Below the pieces are notes generated by a model. The model made no database searches. It was not told the origin of the DNA and saw only the letters and a program-made list of their open reading frames with translations. Both the position numbers and the translations under genes were made by a program. A stretch of 64,000 nucleotides of DNA from an uncultured delta proteobacterium. GTDB lineage: Bacteria; Desulfobacterota; Binatia; JACPRU01. The number at the start of each line of letters is the position of its first letter. The first letter of the stretch is position 1. Location: the NCBI GenBank assembly GCA_963745025.1, contig CAVUWD010000016.1, positions 608,001 through 672,000 on the forward strand, in the 5' to 3' direction. Shown piece after piece: positions 41,051-52,471 of this stretch.

Positions 41051-41758
41051 ATGAACGAACGCCTGTTCTCCGAAGAAGAGCTCCGGGAGATGGAGAAGCG
41101 CACCGTCGATCGCCTCAAGGAGGCCATCGATGCGGGCGATCCGGAGAGAGCGAAACAGATCGCGGAACGCATGTACAACGAGTTCGTGTCGATGCACGAC
41201 CTCTACCGCGATTGGACCACGGCTATGCTGAGCGCGATCGGCCGCCGCTTCGGCGACGAGGTCCTCGAAGAGATCATGACCGAAGGGGTGCGGGCCTGGT
41301 GGTTGCCGACTCTTCAGAGGTTCCCCCAGGGTCCCGAGACGCTCCGCCACCGGGTGAAGATGTTCATCGGCGGCCTGCGCGGGCACCTTCAGCCCCTCCA
41401 CCTCCAGGAGGACGACGAGAAGATCGTCATCCAGATGCGGCCTTGTGGCAGCGGCGGCCGACTCGTGCTCGAAGGGAAGTACGACGGCCCGGAGGCGTTC
41501 CTGAAGATCCGGAAACCTCAGCGGATGACCTACGGCCGTTCCGACTTCCCCGTGTACTGCGCACACGAAGCGCCGATGGAGCTCGTCGACATCGAGCGCA
41601 ATGGCGCCCCCTTCGTCGTCGTCGAGCCCGCCGCCGTGCTCGGAAAGGAGCTCTGCTCCTTCGTCGTCTACAAGGACCCGCTCAAGATTCCCGCGCGCTA
41701 CTGGCGGCGGCTCGGGAAGACGAAGCCGCCCGGGAGCGCGGAGCCGGACTCGAAATAG
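41051..41758 (+). CDS. Conserved hypothetical protein with Cys/His motifs
   Basis: Typical codon usage; MHDLY, RGH, PCGSGGR, YCAH, C..VYKDP. Confidence 0.75.
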   Translation: MNERLFSEEELREMEKRTVDRLKEAIDAGDPERAKQIAERMYNEFVSMHDLYRDWTTAMLSAIGRRFGDEVLEEIMTEGVRAWWLPTLQRFPQGPETLRHRVKMFIGGLRGHLQPLHLQEDDEKIVIQMRPCGSGGRLVLEGKYDGPEAFLKIRKPQRMTYGRSDFPVYCAHEAPMELVDIERNGAPFVVVEPAAVLGKELCSFVVYKDPLKIPARYWRRLGKTKPPGSAEPDSK

Positions 41759-41765
41759 CCGCGCT

Positions 41766-41830
41766 GCAGGGGCGCGTCGAGCGCGTCGAGGGCTCTGGCG
41801 TGTCGAGGGCTCTGGCTTGACGGCGCCTGC
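41766..41830. repeat. REP-like imperfect palindrome with internal tandem repeats
   Basis: gcaggggcgcgtcgagc ... gcttgacggcgcctgc enclosing gtcgagggctctggc twice. Confidence 0.5.
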
Positions 41831-41894
41831 GGTATCGTCGTAACGGCATTCGGCCCCGCTCGCTGCCGAGGCCGTAGTGGAGGGGAGGTGCATC

Positions 41895-43121
41895 ATGCAG
41901 GAGAAGCGTCCGCGCCACGTCCTCGACGGCTACCGCGTCCTCGACTTCACGCAGGTCCTCGCAGGGCCTGCGGCGACCCGGCTGCTCGTCGAGATGGGCG
42001 CCGAGGTCATCAAGGTCGAGCTGCCTCCGACGGGCGACTTCTCCCGGAACTTCCCGTTCCTGCAGGACGGACGGAGTGGTTACTACGTGCAGCAGAACCG
42101 GGGAAAGAAGAGTTTCTGCGTCGACGTGAAGCGGTCCGAAGGCCTCGCGCTCATCCAGGAGCTGATCCCCAAGGTAGACGTCCTCATCGAGAATTTCGCC
42201 CCTGGTGCGATCGGCCGCATGGGCCTCTCCTACGACGCCGTTCGCCGACTCAATCCGCGGATCGTCATGTGCTCGATCTCCGCGTTCGGGCAGACGGGCC
42301 CCCTGTCTGCCGAACCCGGATACGACTACATCGCTCAGGCGTACGCCGCGGTGACCTACATGATCGGCGATCCGGACGGACCGCCTTCGATCCCGATGCT
42401 CGGCCTCGGTGACGTCGCGACGGGAGCCCACGCGGTCGCGGCGATCGTCGCCGCTCTTCTCCACAGGGAGCGGACCGGCGAGGGACAGTACCTCGACGTC
42501 TCGATCCTCGACGCCTACTTTCACTGTCACGAGCTGAACGTACAGATCTACAGCAATTCGAAGGGAGCGGTGAAGCCGAAGCGGTCCGGGACGCAGCATC
42601 CGCAGATTTGCCCGACCGGCGTCTTCCGCGCACGCGACGGGTACCTGATCATCATGGCGTTCCTCGACCACCAGTGGCGCGCGCTGTGCGAGCTCATGGG
42701 TTGTGCGGAGCTGGTTCAGGATCCGCGGTTTGCGACCAACGCGGCGCGGCTCGAGCATCGAGATGAAGTCGTCGCGCGGATCGAGGGATGGCTCGCGTCG
42801 ATGCCGAGCGACGAGGCAGCAATGGAGGCCCTCCGGAAGGCACGGATCCCGAACGCGCCGGTCCTGTCGATCGAGCAGGCCGTGAAGCACCCGCATCACC
42901 GGGCCCGCGGAACCGTGCGGACGATCGAAGACCGGTTCCTCGGGGCGTTCGAGGTTCCGGGGTTTCCGCTGCGATTCTCCGCCTACCCGGATCGCCTCCC
43001 CCTGGACGCCCCGGTGCTCGGGGAACAGAACCGAGAGGTCCTGTCGACGTACCTCGGATACGACGCCGGGCGGATCGCCGCGCTCGAATCGGCGGGTGTC
43101 CTGGTACGCGGCGAGCGCTGA
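41895..43121 (+). CDS. Family III CoA transferase (CaiB/BaiF)
   Basis: VLDFTQVLAGP, GAEVIKVE, NRGKKS, ENFAPG, GYDYIAQA, APVLGEQN. Confidence 0.93.
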   Translation: MQEKRPRHVLDGYRVLDFTQVLAGPAATRLLVEMGAEVIKVELPPTGDFSRNFPFLQDGRSGYYVQQNRGKKSFCVDVKRSEGLALIQELIPKVDVLIENFAPGAIGRMGLSYDAVRRLNPRIVMCSISAFGQTGPLSAEPGYDYIAQAYAAVTYMIGDPDGPPSIPMLGLGDVATGAHAVAAIVAALLHRERTGEGQYLDVSILDAYFHCHELNVQIYSNSKGAVKPKRSGTQHPQICPTGVFRARDGYLIIMAFLDHQWRALCELMGCAELVQDPRFATNAARLEHRDEVVARIEGWLASMPSDEAAMEALRKARIPNAPVLSIEQAVKHPHHRARGTVRTIEDRFLGAFEVPGFPLRFSAYPDRLPLDAPVLGEQNREVLSTYLGYDAGRIAALESAGVLVRGER

Positions 43122-43494
43122 AGCACGCGCCGCTCCACGCCTGCCGCCGCGTGAGCGGAGGGACGTCGGTCACGGGCTGGACGCAGACCTGGCCTTGATC
43201 CGAGATTCCTACTCCGCTTCCCCGATCCGAAATCCGCGCGGGTCCTGTCGTCGGCGCAGCCCGCGCGGTGCTCGCTGGCGGCCCCACCGCGCGCAATTAC
43301 CAGTGCATCGGTATGCGCGACGATCTGCTTCTCGCAAACCTCGGCATGCATCTCGGTGCGCTCGACGTGGCACCCGTGTGGGTTCGTCGCGGCTCTTGGC
43401 TCAGCGTCGACCTCACGATTTTCATGATCGTCGCGTGATGACGGCGCGCATTGTCCCGAGGCGGTCGCGGTGCGCTCGCTGACCGCGCCGCGCT

Positions 43495-43878
43495 TCACTG
43501 CGTATCACGGGCGCGCGCCTGCGCGTAGCCCGAATACTGCGGCTGGTCGATCGCGAGTTTCTCCAGCGTGGTTGCGCGCAGATGCTGCGCGACGCCCGGG
43601 TCATCGATGCCGAGTTCCCGGTCGCGCAGGCGCCGGGCAAATTCCGCGTTCAAATCGGCAAGACTGCCGTCGTGGCCGAGGATCGCGACAAGCCGGCCGC
43701 GCTCGGCTGCGGCAAACGCCGGTGCGAGTTCCAGTTCGCGCTGCACGATATCGAGCGACTTCAACGCGACCATGAGATTGAAGGCCTTGTTGCCTTTGAG
43801 CTCGGGCTTGATCTCGTGTTCGAGAAACGCCTTGACGGCGCCGACCAGCTGCGCCGCGGTGGGTTTGTTCTGGGTCAT
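43495..43878 (-). CDS. Small kinase partner protein (DUF6285/LvaB-like)
   Basis: PTAAQLV.AV..FL, L.IV.REL, KLAIDQPQY; follows an APH-type kinase. Confidence 0.75.
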   Translation of the reverse strand: MTQNKPTAAQLVGAVKAFLEHEIKPELKGNKAFNLMVALKSLDIVQRELELAPAFAAAERGRLVAILGHDGSLADLNAEFARRLRDRELGIDDPGVAQHLRATTLEKLAIDQPQYSGYAQARARDTQ

Positions 43879-43885
43879 GACGTGC

Positions 43886-44887
43886 TCATGTCAGCAGGTT
43901 GAGGATGTCGATCTCCGACTCACACGTGCGCCGGCCAACATACGCGAGCTCGATCGCCCCGTCCGATCCCGATTCGTGGCGCGCGACGAACAGCTTGCAA
44001 ATCAAACCGTACTTGAGACAGGCGAACACCTCCCAGAAACGCACGTGGTTGCGGTCGACTGGGGCGCCGCCGGCTTCCTCGTACGCCGCGTAGACCGCCT
44101 CGCGCTCGCCGAAACCGCCCGCCGGAAGGGGGCTGTCGAAGCGCCAGACATTGATGCACAGCCATCCGAGGTCCTCCATGGGATCGCCGACGTGCGAAAA
44201 CTCCCAGTCGATCACGGCGCGGATTCCGTCGGGGCCGACGACGAAATTGCCGTTGCGATAATCGCCGTGCACGAGCACGGGCAGCGCGGGCGGCGGTTCG
44301 TGATCCTCGAGCCAGCGGATGGCCGCGTCGAACACCGGGTGTGGTTCGTGGAAATCACGATAAATGCCGCGGAACTTTGCCACCAGCGCAGCGGCCGGCA
44401 GCAGCGGCAGGTCCGCGATACCGCGCGTGTCGGCGCGCTGGATCGCGGCGAGGATCCGGCCGCATTGGGCGGTCATCGCGGCGCGTGCGCCGGCATACTC
44501 GGCATCCCGTAGGATGCGGCGCGGGAAGGTTTCCCCGGCGACGCGCTCCATGAGGTAACCCGCGCCGAGCCCATCGGACGGCCGCAGCACGTAACGTACC
44601 AGCGGCGAGGGCACGCCAGCCGCCGCGGCGCGCCGGATCAACTCGGCCTCGGTCGCCATCGGCACGCTGATGGTCCACGCCGCGCATTGGAGGTTGGTCG
44701 GCGCACGCCGCAGGATCAGCGGTAACGGGCCGTCGGCGCCGACGCCGTCGAACGCCCAGTTCTCCTGCGTCCCGCCACCCGAGAGCCGCGCGAGGCCGAC
44801 GATCCCGTGTACGCCGGGCAGGGCCTTGCGGACCACCGCAGTGAGCGCGGTTTCGACTTGGCCGGTGCTCGAAGGATGTGCAACCAT
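43886..44887 (-). CDS. APH-family phosphotransferase (LvaA / ACAD10-11 kinase-like)
   Basis: [35 protein letters not shown]. Confidence 0.9.
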   Translation of the reverse strand: MVAHPSSTGQVETALTAVVRKALPGVHGIVGLARLSGGGTQENWAFDGVGADGPLPLILRRAPTNLQCAAWTISVPMATEAELIRRAAAAGVPSPLVRYVLRPSDGLGAGYLMERVAGETFPRRILRDAEYAGARAAMTAQCGRILAAIQRADTRGIADLPLLPAAALVAKFRGIYRDFHEPHPVFDAAIRWLEDHEPPPALPVLVHGDYRNGNFVVGPDGIRAVIDWEFSHVGDPMEDLGWLCINVWRFDSPLPAGGFGEREAVYAAYEEAGGAPVDRNHVRFWEVFACLKYGLICKLFVARHESGSDGAIELAYVGRRTCESEIDILNLLT

Positions 44888-45025
44888 CGGTCTCCCGCCG
44901 GGACGGTCGCTTCGCCTGCCGCCGTTGCTCGAATTATGGCATCATGGACCTGCTTCGGGCCGGGCGGCCATGGCTGTAGACCGGCGGTAAAAGTAACACA
45001 CTACGCAGGGCAGGGGGAGACGGGC

Positions 45026-46240
<1,215 letters not shown>

Positions 46241-46413
46241 AAACTCCCCTGCGGGGCCCGCAGCGTGGGCCGCTCCGGCGCTGCGGTTTGCAAGCAAGAA
46301 AGTACGCGTTGTATTGCTTGAGCCGCTGGTGTGTCGCAATCCACTACCTGGCGCATGCCAGCGTGCGAATACAAGCGCTTGAGTGCTGCGCTAAACGAGG
46401 AAGGAGCAGAAAC

Positions 46414-46887
46414 ATGGATCTCGCGGAAATGGAGCGACGGCTAATCCGGCTGGAAGACATCGAGGCGATTAAACAGCTCAAGGCCAGATATTGTGAAATC
46501 TGCGACGACGATCACAATCCGGATCGGATCACTTCGGTGTTTGTCGAAGATGGTATCTGGGAGAGCGCAGAGTTTGGGACCGGCAGAGGTCATGCGGAGA
46601 TTCGAAAACTTTTCCAGGGTTTCCAAGAGCTCATCGAATTCTCGCAGCATAACGTGATGAACCCGATCATCGAGGTACACGGCGACCAGGCGACCGGGGA
46701 ATGGTACTTCATGGGCCCGTTCAGGTTTCGCGACGGCCATCAGCCGAAATGGATCGCGCTTCAGTACAAGGACGACTACGTAAAGCTCAACGGCCAGTGG
46801 AAGTACAAGCATCTGAGGATCAACCTGCGATTGCTGGCTTCCTATGACGAGGGTTGGGCCAAGCAGCTTGTCTCCGCTGTCAAATGA
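46414..46887 (+). CDS. NTF2/SnoaL-like protein (BaiE/LinA-like)
   Basis: LEDIEAIKQLKARYC..D, HNVMNPIIEV.GD.ATG.W, YKDDYVK.NG.W; AGGAG RBS. Confidence 0.85.
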   Translation: MDLAEMERRLIRLEDIEAIKQLKARYCEICDDDHNPDRITSVFVEDGIWESAEFGTGRGHAEIRKLFQGFQELIEFSQHNVMNPIIEVHGDQATGEWYFMGPFRFRDGHQPKWIALQYKDDYVKLNGQWKYKHLRINLRLLASYDEGWAKQLVSAVK

Positions 46888-46917
46888 AAGTTGACTACGA
46901 ATTGTAAGGAGGCGCGC

Positions 46918-47949
46918 ATGCGACTAGCTTACATGCCCGATACTCATTTTGGCGGCTACGCACAGAAGATTCCTGGACGCCGCGAAGTCTCGCAGGCAAC
47001 CGAGCAACTGCTGGACGAAGCCGAAACGGCCGAGCGCGTAGGCTTCGATGGCATTTGGCTGCCGGAGCGTCACGCTCGAACCGAAACTTTCTTTCCATCA
47101 ACGATCGTGCTTGCCACTGCCATAGCCGCACGCACGTCCCGCGTTCACGTCGCCACGACAGTTATCCAGCCCACGTATCACCATCCGGTCCATCTTGCAG
47201 AGCAGCTGGCCATGATCGATCAGCTCTCCAAGGGAAGGCTCATCTTTGGCGCCGGTGTGGGTTATCATGCCGACTACTTCCGACTGTTTGGCGTTCCGAT
47301 GAAGCGGCGTGAGGCTCGCTTCGAAGAGTCGCTGAAAGTAATCGAGGGTGTCTGGACTCAAGACCACTTTTCTTTTACGGGGCAGTTTTACGAATTTGAC
47401 AACATCCTCTTGACTCCCAAGCCGTACCAACGTCCTCGTCCCCCGATCTGGATCGGAGCGTTCTACGACAAGGCGATCGAGCGCGCGCTCGACTGGGACG
47501 GGTGGGTCTGGTGGTTCCCCAGCGAGCTTGAGAGTGCGGCGCAGAAGATCGAATATTGGCGAGAGAAAGCCTACAAACGAGGGAGAAAGAACTGGTGTGT
47601 CGGGCTCGCCTACGAAGGCTGGATTGGAGATGACGAAGCCGAGGTGCGAAGATTACATGGCCATCGCTGGGTCAGCGAACTACAATTTTACGAGCAGCAC
47701 GGTATGACGCCCGACATTGAGGAGCAGCCCACGACGCGACTGGAAAACCAATTCCTCATTCTGGGGCCTGCGCAGAAATGGATCGATAAATTGGGCGAAG
47801 TGCGGGAACGCCTCAAACCGGACTACGTCTGTATTCGGACGCGCAATCCGCGACCGCCTTCCGGCTACTACCCGGACAGGACGGAATTTCTGGAATGTCT
47901 CACCAGGTTGGGGGAAGAAGTCATTCGCTACTTCCAAACCCGAATATGA
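46918..47949 (+). CDS. LLM-class flavin-dependent oxidoreductase
   Basis: GFDGIWLPERH, HPVHLAEQLAMIDQLSKGR, PKPYQRPRPPIWIG; AAGGAGG RBS. Confidence 0.9.
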   Translation: MRLAYMPDTHFGGYAQKIPGRREVSQATEQLLDEAETAERVGFDGIWLPERHARTETFFPSTIVLATAIAARTSRVHVATTVIQPTYHHPVHLAEQLAMIDQLSKGRLIFGAGVGYHADYFRLFGVPMKRREARFEESLKVIEGVWTQDHFSFTGQFYEFDNILLTPKPYQRPRPPIWIGAFYDKAIERALDWDGWVWWFPSELESAAQKIEYWREKAYKRGRKNWCVGLAYEGWIGDDEAEVRRLHGHRWVSELQFYEQHGMTPDIEEQPTTRLENQFLILGPAQKWIDKLGEVRERLKPDYVCIRTRNPRPPSGYYPDRTEFLECLTRLGEEVIRYFQTRI

Positions 47950-48200
47950 CCAGCTGATGGCTTTGACAGGAGCCAGCCGTTGCAGACGCGATGCCGCGGC
48001 ATCACCATCTTCGTGGTCCAGCCGCCGCGGTCGCTGTAGATCCTCGAGGCCTTCACCGGCGAGACCTGGCCGCCATCGACTGGGATCTCGGCGAGCAGCC
48101 GTGCTCGCCCGGGGAGCCCGGGTGGGCGCTTGGGTAGCGCGGCAAACCGACGGTCATGGCGCTACCTTTGTCTGAGGACGTCGACCGTGGCATCCCCGGC

Positions 48201-48962
48201 CTACTGCGCCGTCAGCGCGCCGTCTACCGCCATCGCACATCCGGTCACGAACGATGCGTGGTCGGAGCATAGCCAAAGTGCCGCCTCGGCAATCTCCTCA
48301 GGCTTGCCCTTGCGCCCGATCGGCTCGACGCTCACCAGGCGTTGATCCATCTTCGGGCGGCCTGCCACCAGCCGCTCCACCATCGGCGTGTCGATCACGC
48401 CCGGGCATACGGCGTTCACACGAATGCCGTCCTTGCTGTACTCGAGCCCTGCGACCTTGGTCAGGCCGACGACGCCATGCTTGGCTGCGGTGTAAGCCGG
48501 CATCCCGTGCGATCCCACTAGACCTGCGGTCGAGGCGGTGTTGACGATCGCGCCACCGGTCCCCTGCGTCAGCATCTGGCGGATCTCATATTTCATGCAC
48601 AAAAAGACGCCTTTCAGATCGATCGCAATCACCCGGTCGAAATTCTCTTCGGTGTCGTCAGCCAAGTGGAGCGTTTGACCCTCGATCCCCGCGTTGTTGA
48701 AGGCGCAATCGATTCGCCCGTACCGTTTCACTACTGCGTTGATCAGCGCCCCGACTTCGCCCGACTTCGAGACATCGCACTGAACGAACTCGACTTCCCC
48801 TCCCACCTTACGCACCATGTTGGCGGTCTCTTCACCGGCCTCGGCCACCACGTCGGCAATGCTGAGCTTGGCGCCTTCGCGCGTGAACGCGAGTGCCGCT
48901 GCCCTGCCGATACCCGAAGCCGCGCCGGTAATGAGCGCGATTTTGCGATCGAGTAGTCCCAT
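48201..48962 (-). CDS. Classical SDR dehydrogenase
   Basis: TGAASGIG, NNAG, YTAAKHG, RVNAVCPG. Confidence 0.93.
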   Translation of the reverse strand: MGLLDRKIALITGAASGIGRAAALAFTREGAKLSIADVVAEAGEETANMVRKVGGEVEFVQCDVSKSGEVGALINAVVKRYGRIDCAFNNAGIEGQTLHLADDTEENFDRVIAIDLKGVFLCMKYEIRQMLTQGTGGAIVNTASTAGLVGSHGMPAYTAAKHGVVGLTKVAGLEYSKDGIRVNAVCPGVIDTPMVERLVAGRPKMDQRLVSVEPIGRKGKPEEIAEAALWLCSDHASFVTGCAMAVDGALTAQ

Positions 48963-49417
48963 CTTGGCTCCCCATTGGTTGAAGCGTGTCGCGTGGCGAC
49001 GATTCGCCGAACCGCGCCGCCAGATTCTACGACATTCTATCATCCCGTCAAGGAATGCCACCGAAGCGCCCCGGCAAAAGTAATTGTCGCTGATCACGGC
49101 GGGTCTCCACCGCCGCAATGTGCACCGACGGCAGATCCATCCGGCACGAGCTCTCGGATGACGGGGACTTGGCAGCCAAGCGGGTGAGCAGCCGTTCACA
49201 CGCTGGCGCTATCGCGCGAGTTTGACCCAGTTTGACCCTGGACCGTCACCTCTACACGGAAAGCCCTCTTCCAAGGGATTCGATTTTTGGTTGTCTCTTC
49301 GGCGATTCGTGGGATATCCTACATCGCGTCTGCCCACTTGCGGCCCGATGCTTCAAAACCCTAAGATCTTGCGTCAGCTACACGATTCCCGGAAGCACCG
49401 ACAAGAGAAACTCGATC

Positions 49418-50608
49418 ATGGCCTTTGAACGTCACGATACCCTGCGCGGCAAGACGGCCGTCATCGGCGTAGGATTGTCCGAGGTCGGCCGCGTTCCCGG
49501 CAGGAGCCCGTTGTTGCTCGCCGCCGACGCAGCCAGAAAAGCGTTGGCCGATGCCGGCATCAGTAGAGACCAGGTCGACGGTGTACTGGCAAGCAGCGCC
49601 TTCGCGTCACCATTCCATCGCTTCAGCGTCGCCTTCAGCGAGTATTTCGGCATTCAGCCGACGTTCTCGAATACCTTGCAGGTGTCGGGCGCCACCGCGG
49701 CCACAATGTTCAACATCGCGGCGGCAGCGATCGCCGGAGGATTGGCGGAAGCCGTACTGGTGGTAGGGGGCGACAGTCTGCTGACCGGCTTGTCGCCGGA
49801 TCTCGCGTTGCGCTCTATGACCGAGAGCCGCGACCAGCAGTACGAAATGCCTTTCGGCATTCCGGTCGCCAATACGTTCGCCATGACCGCGCATCGGCAC
49901 ATGAAGGAGTTCGGCACCACGCCCGAGCAACTGGCAAAGGTGGCGGTCATCCAGCGCGAACATGCGCGACGCACGCCCGGCGCGCAGATGACCAAGCCTA
50001 TTACGGTCGACGATGTGCTCACGTCCGGCATGGTTACTTCACCCTACCACAAGCTCGATTGCTCGCTGATCTCGGATGGAGGCGCGGCCTTCATCGTCAC
50101 GTCAGCTGACCGAGCCAAGTCACTCGGGATCAGGATGCCGGTCTACGTCCTCGGCTGCGGCGAGTGCTACACCCATGAACATATTTTCCTGATGCCTTCG
50201 CTGACCACGACGGGCGCCGTCCAATCCAGCCGCAAGGCATACGAGATGGCCGGTTACGGTCCGGCCGACATGGATGTCGCCGGCGTGTATGACTGCTTTA
50301 CCGGCACCGTCATCATGATGCTGGAAGACCTCGGCTTTTGCCCGAAGGGCGAGGGCGGCCGTTTCGTCGAGGACGGTCAGATGACCTACGGCGGAGCGAT
50401 TCCTTGCAACACGCATGGCGGTTTGCTTGCTTTTGCACATTCTGGCGTGCCGGGTGGCTTGTTCCATTTCTACGAAACGATTCGGCAGCTGCGAGGCGAG
50501 TGCGGAGAACGGCAGGTTGCGGATGCTACGCTGGGCCTGGTGCACAGCCTCGGTGCGGGGTTTGCGACTAATGCGACGACGATTCTGGGTACGGAGGCCA
50601 CGTTATGA
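49418..50608 (+). CDS. Thiolase-fold protein (SCP-x/Ltp2-like, no N-terminal catalytic Cys)
   Basis: QVSGATA at the Cys position, DCSLISDGG, YDCFT, NTHGGLL. Confidence 0.88.
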   Translation: MAFERHDTLRGKTAVIGVGLSEVGRVPGRSPLLLAADAARKALADAGISRDQVDGVLASSAFASPFHRFSVAFSEYFGIQPTFSNTLQVSGATAATMFNIAAAAIAGGLAEAVLVVGGDSLLTGLSPDLALRSMTESRDQQYEMPFGIPVANTFAMTAHRHMKEFGTTPEQLAKVAVIQREHARRTPGAQMTKPITVDDVLTSGMVTSPYHKLDCSLISDGGAAFIVTSADRAKSLGIRMPVYVLGCGECYTHEHIFLMPSLTTTGAVQSSRKAYEMAGYGPADMDVAGVYDCFTGTVIMMLEDLGFCPKGEGGRFVEDGQMTYGGAIPCNTHGGLLAFAHSGVPGGLFHFYETIRQLRGECGERQVADATLGLVHSLGAGFATNATTILGTEATL

Positions 50609-51024
50609 TCAAGCCGGAAGAGGCGCTGATCAAGCCCTTGCCTATTCCGGACGGCGACACTGCCGTGTTCTGGAAGGCATTGAGTCGGGGCGAGCTGCTG
50701 CTGCAGCATTGCCTCGATTGCCGGCACGTCCATTACTACCAGCAGGGCATCTGCCGGAACTGCGGCTCGGCGCGGCTCGAACACCGGCCCGCCAGCGGAC
50801 GGGGCAAGGTGTATTCGTACAGCGTCGTCTATCGCGCGCCGGGGCCCGCGTTTAAGAATGATACGCCGTATGCTGTGCTGCTCGTGGAGCTGGAGGAGGG
50901 GCCGCGCATGATCAGTTCTCTCGTGGGCGGCAATCCTGAACAGGTGACCTTCGACATGCCGGTGCAGCTGGTGTGCGAGAAGGTCAGTGATGAAATTGCG
51001 CTGCCGCGATTCAAGCCGGCTTGA
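50605..51024 (+). CDS. Zn-ribbon/OB-fold protein (DUF35)
   Basis: CLDC..CRNC, SGRGKVYSY, VELEEGPR; ATGA overlap. Confidence 0.9.
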   Translation: MIKPEEALIKPLPIPDGDTAVFWKALSRGELLLQHCLDCRHVHYYQQGICRNCGSARLEHRPASGRGKVYSYSVVYRAPGPAFKNDTPYAVLLVELEEGPRMISSLVGGNPEQVTFDMPVQLVCEKVSDEIALPRFKPA

Positions 51025-51200
51025 GCCATGCGCACTCTGGACTCACCTCCCCCGCCATGCGCAGCTTTGCATAGCCGCGGGATTTCCACTCTTGTAATGC
51101 GCTAGAAGAAGCGCCGGAGGCGAGGCGCGATGCGATTACTTTGTCGCGCCGGCGCGGTGCACGGAAAGCCTCGAGCGCGTCGACGGTTTGACGGGCGAGG

Positions 51201-51983
51201 CTATTTGCCTTGCCAGACTGGCTTGCGTTTGTCCGCGAACGCGCGCGGGCCTTCCATCGCATCGGCACTACGGTAGACCGGCTCGTGGAATGCCATCGCA
51301 GCCTTGAAGCCTTCCTCGCAGCCTAGGCTCATGGCGGCGAGCACCGACTGTTTTGCAGCCCTCACCGACAGCGGCGCATTGTCACGGATCGACGCGGCGA
51401 GTGCCCTTGCGCATTGGCGCACGGCGTCGGGCGTCGCTTCGACGTGGTTGACGAAACCCAGGGCCTGTAGTCGCTCGATCGGCATCAATTCGCCGGTGAG
51501 CACCAGTTCCATCAGTATCGGCTGCGGCATCATCGACACCAGGGGCACAGCCCACGGAGAGCCACGTCCCATTTTGACTTCGGTGATGCCGAGGCGGGTC
51601 CCTGCCAGTCCCACGCGCAAATCGGAATTCAGCGACAGCAGCATGCCGCCGGCAGTCGCATGACCTGTCATCGCCGCGATGATCGGCTGCCGCACGCGCC
51701 GCATGCGCTGATGCATGGGATCCTTGATCAGGGTGAGCACGTCCTTCCCTTGTTCCTCCTGGATGCGCGCCGCCTCCTTGAGGTCCATACCGGCGCAAAA
51801 GGTGCCGCAGTCTGCGGAAGTGATGATGACCGCGTGGATCGATGCGGACGCATCCACCGCTTCCCACAGTTCATGAAGCCGGTTGGCCGCGCTTACGGAC
51901 AAGGCGTTGCGTGCTTCGGGTCGGTTGAGCACGATGGTGGCGATGCCATCCACCTCCTCGAACAGGACGTCGTTGTTACTCAT
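51201..51983 (-). CDS. Enoyl-CoA hydratase/isomerase family
   Basis: LNRPEARNA, FCAGMDL, PIIAAM.G.A.AGG, EGPRAFADKRKP.W.G. Confidence 0.9.
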   Translation of the reverse strand: MSNNDVLFEEVDGIATIVLNRPEARNALSVSAANRLHELWEAVDASASIHAVIITSADCGTFCAGMDLKEAARIQEEQGKDVLTLIKDPMHQRMRRVRQPIIAAMTGHATAGGMLLSLNSDLRVGLAGTRLGITEVKMGRGSPWAVPLVSMMPQPILMELVLTGELMPIERLQALGFVNHVEATPDAVRQCARALAASIRDNAPLSVRAAKQSVLAAMSLGCEEGFKAAMAFHEPVYRSADAMEGPRAFADKRKPVWQGK

Positions 51984-52033
51984 GGAAACCTCGATTGGTG
52001 TTCAACTCGGAGTGGCTCGACGTAGCGTGCACT

Positions 52034-52468
52034 TCATGACGGACCGCGCCGCGGCCCCGAACTGGAGCGCGGCCGCGCGAACTCGAGGTAGCGGGGATTG
52101 GCGACCTCGAGCTTGCGGACGGCCATCTTGCGGAGCGCCTGCAGGACACGCGAGCGCCCTACCCCCGAATCCATCTCCCCAGTGCGGATCCGCTCCACGA
52201 GAAGGCAATTCAACCGCACGACCTCCTCGCGGAGGGCTCGGTCGCCGCGGGCACGCGGACGGGCCTCGCCAAGGAGCGCCGCGAGATCCTCCGCTTCCTC
52301 GCGGAGGTGGCGTTCGCCGAGGTCGATCTCGCGGGCGACGATGCGCAGTACGTTGGCGACGACGCGTATCTTGTAGCGGAGCGAGCCTTTGGCGACCTCG
52401 ACCACCTCCCCCGCCAGGAACTCGGCGGCGGCTTCGAGGAGCTCGATGGCGGTTGGACGATCCTGCAC
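52034..52468 (-). CDS. Small kinase partner protein (DUF6285/LvaB-like), copy 2
   Basis: MQDRPTAIELLEA, RVVANVLRIVARE, KLEVANPRY. Confidence 0.8.
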   Translation of the reverse strand: MQDRPTAIELLEAAAEFLAGEVVEVAKGSLRYKIRVVANVLRIVAREIDLGERHLREEAEDLAALLGEARPRARGDRALREEVVRLNCLLVERIRTGEMDSGVGRSRVLQALRKMAVRKLEVANPRYLEFARPRSSSGPRRGPS

Positions 52469-52471
52469 GGG

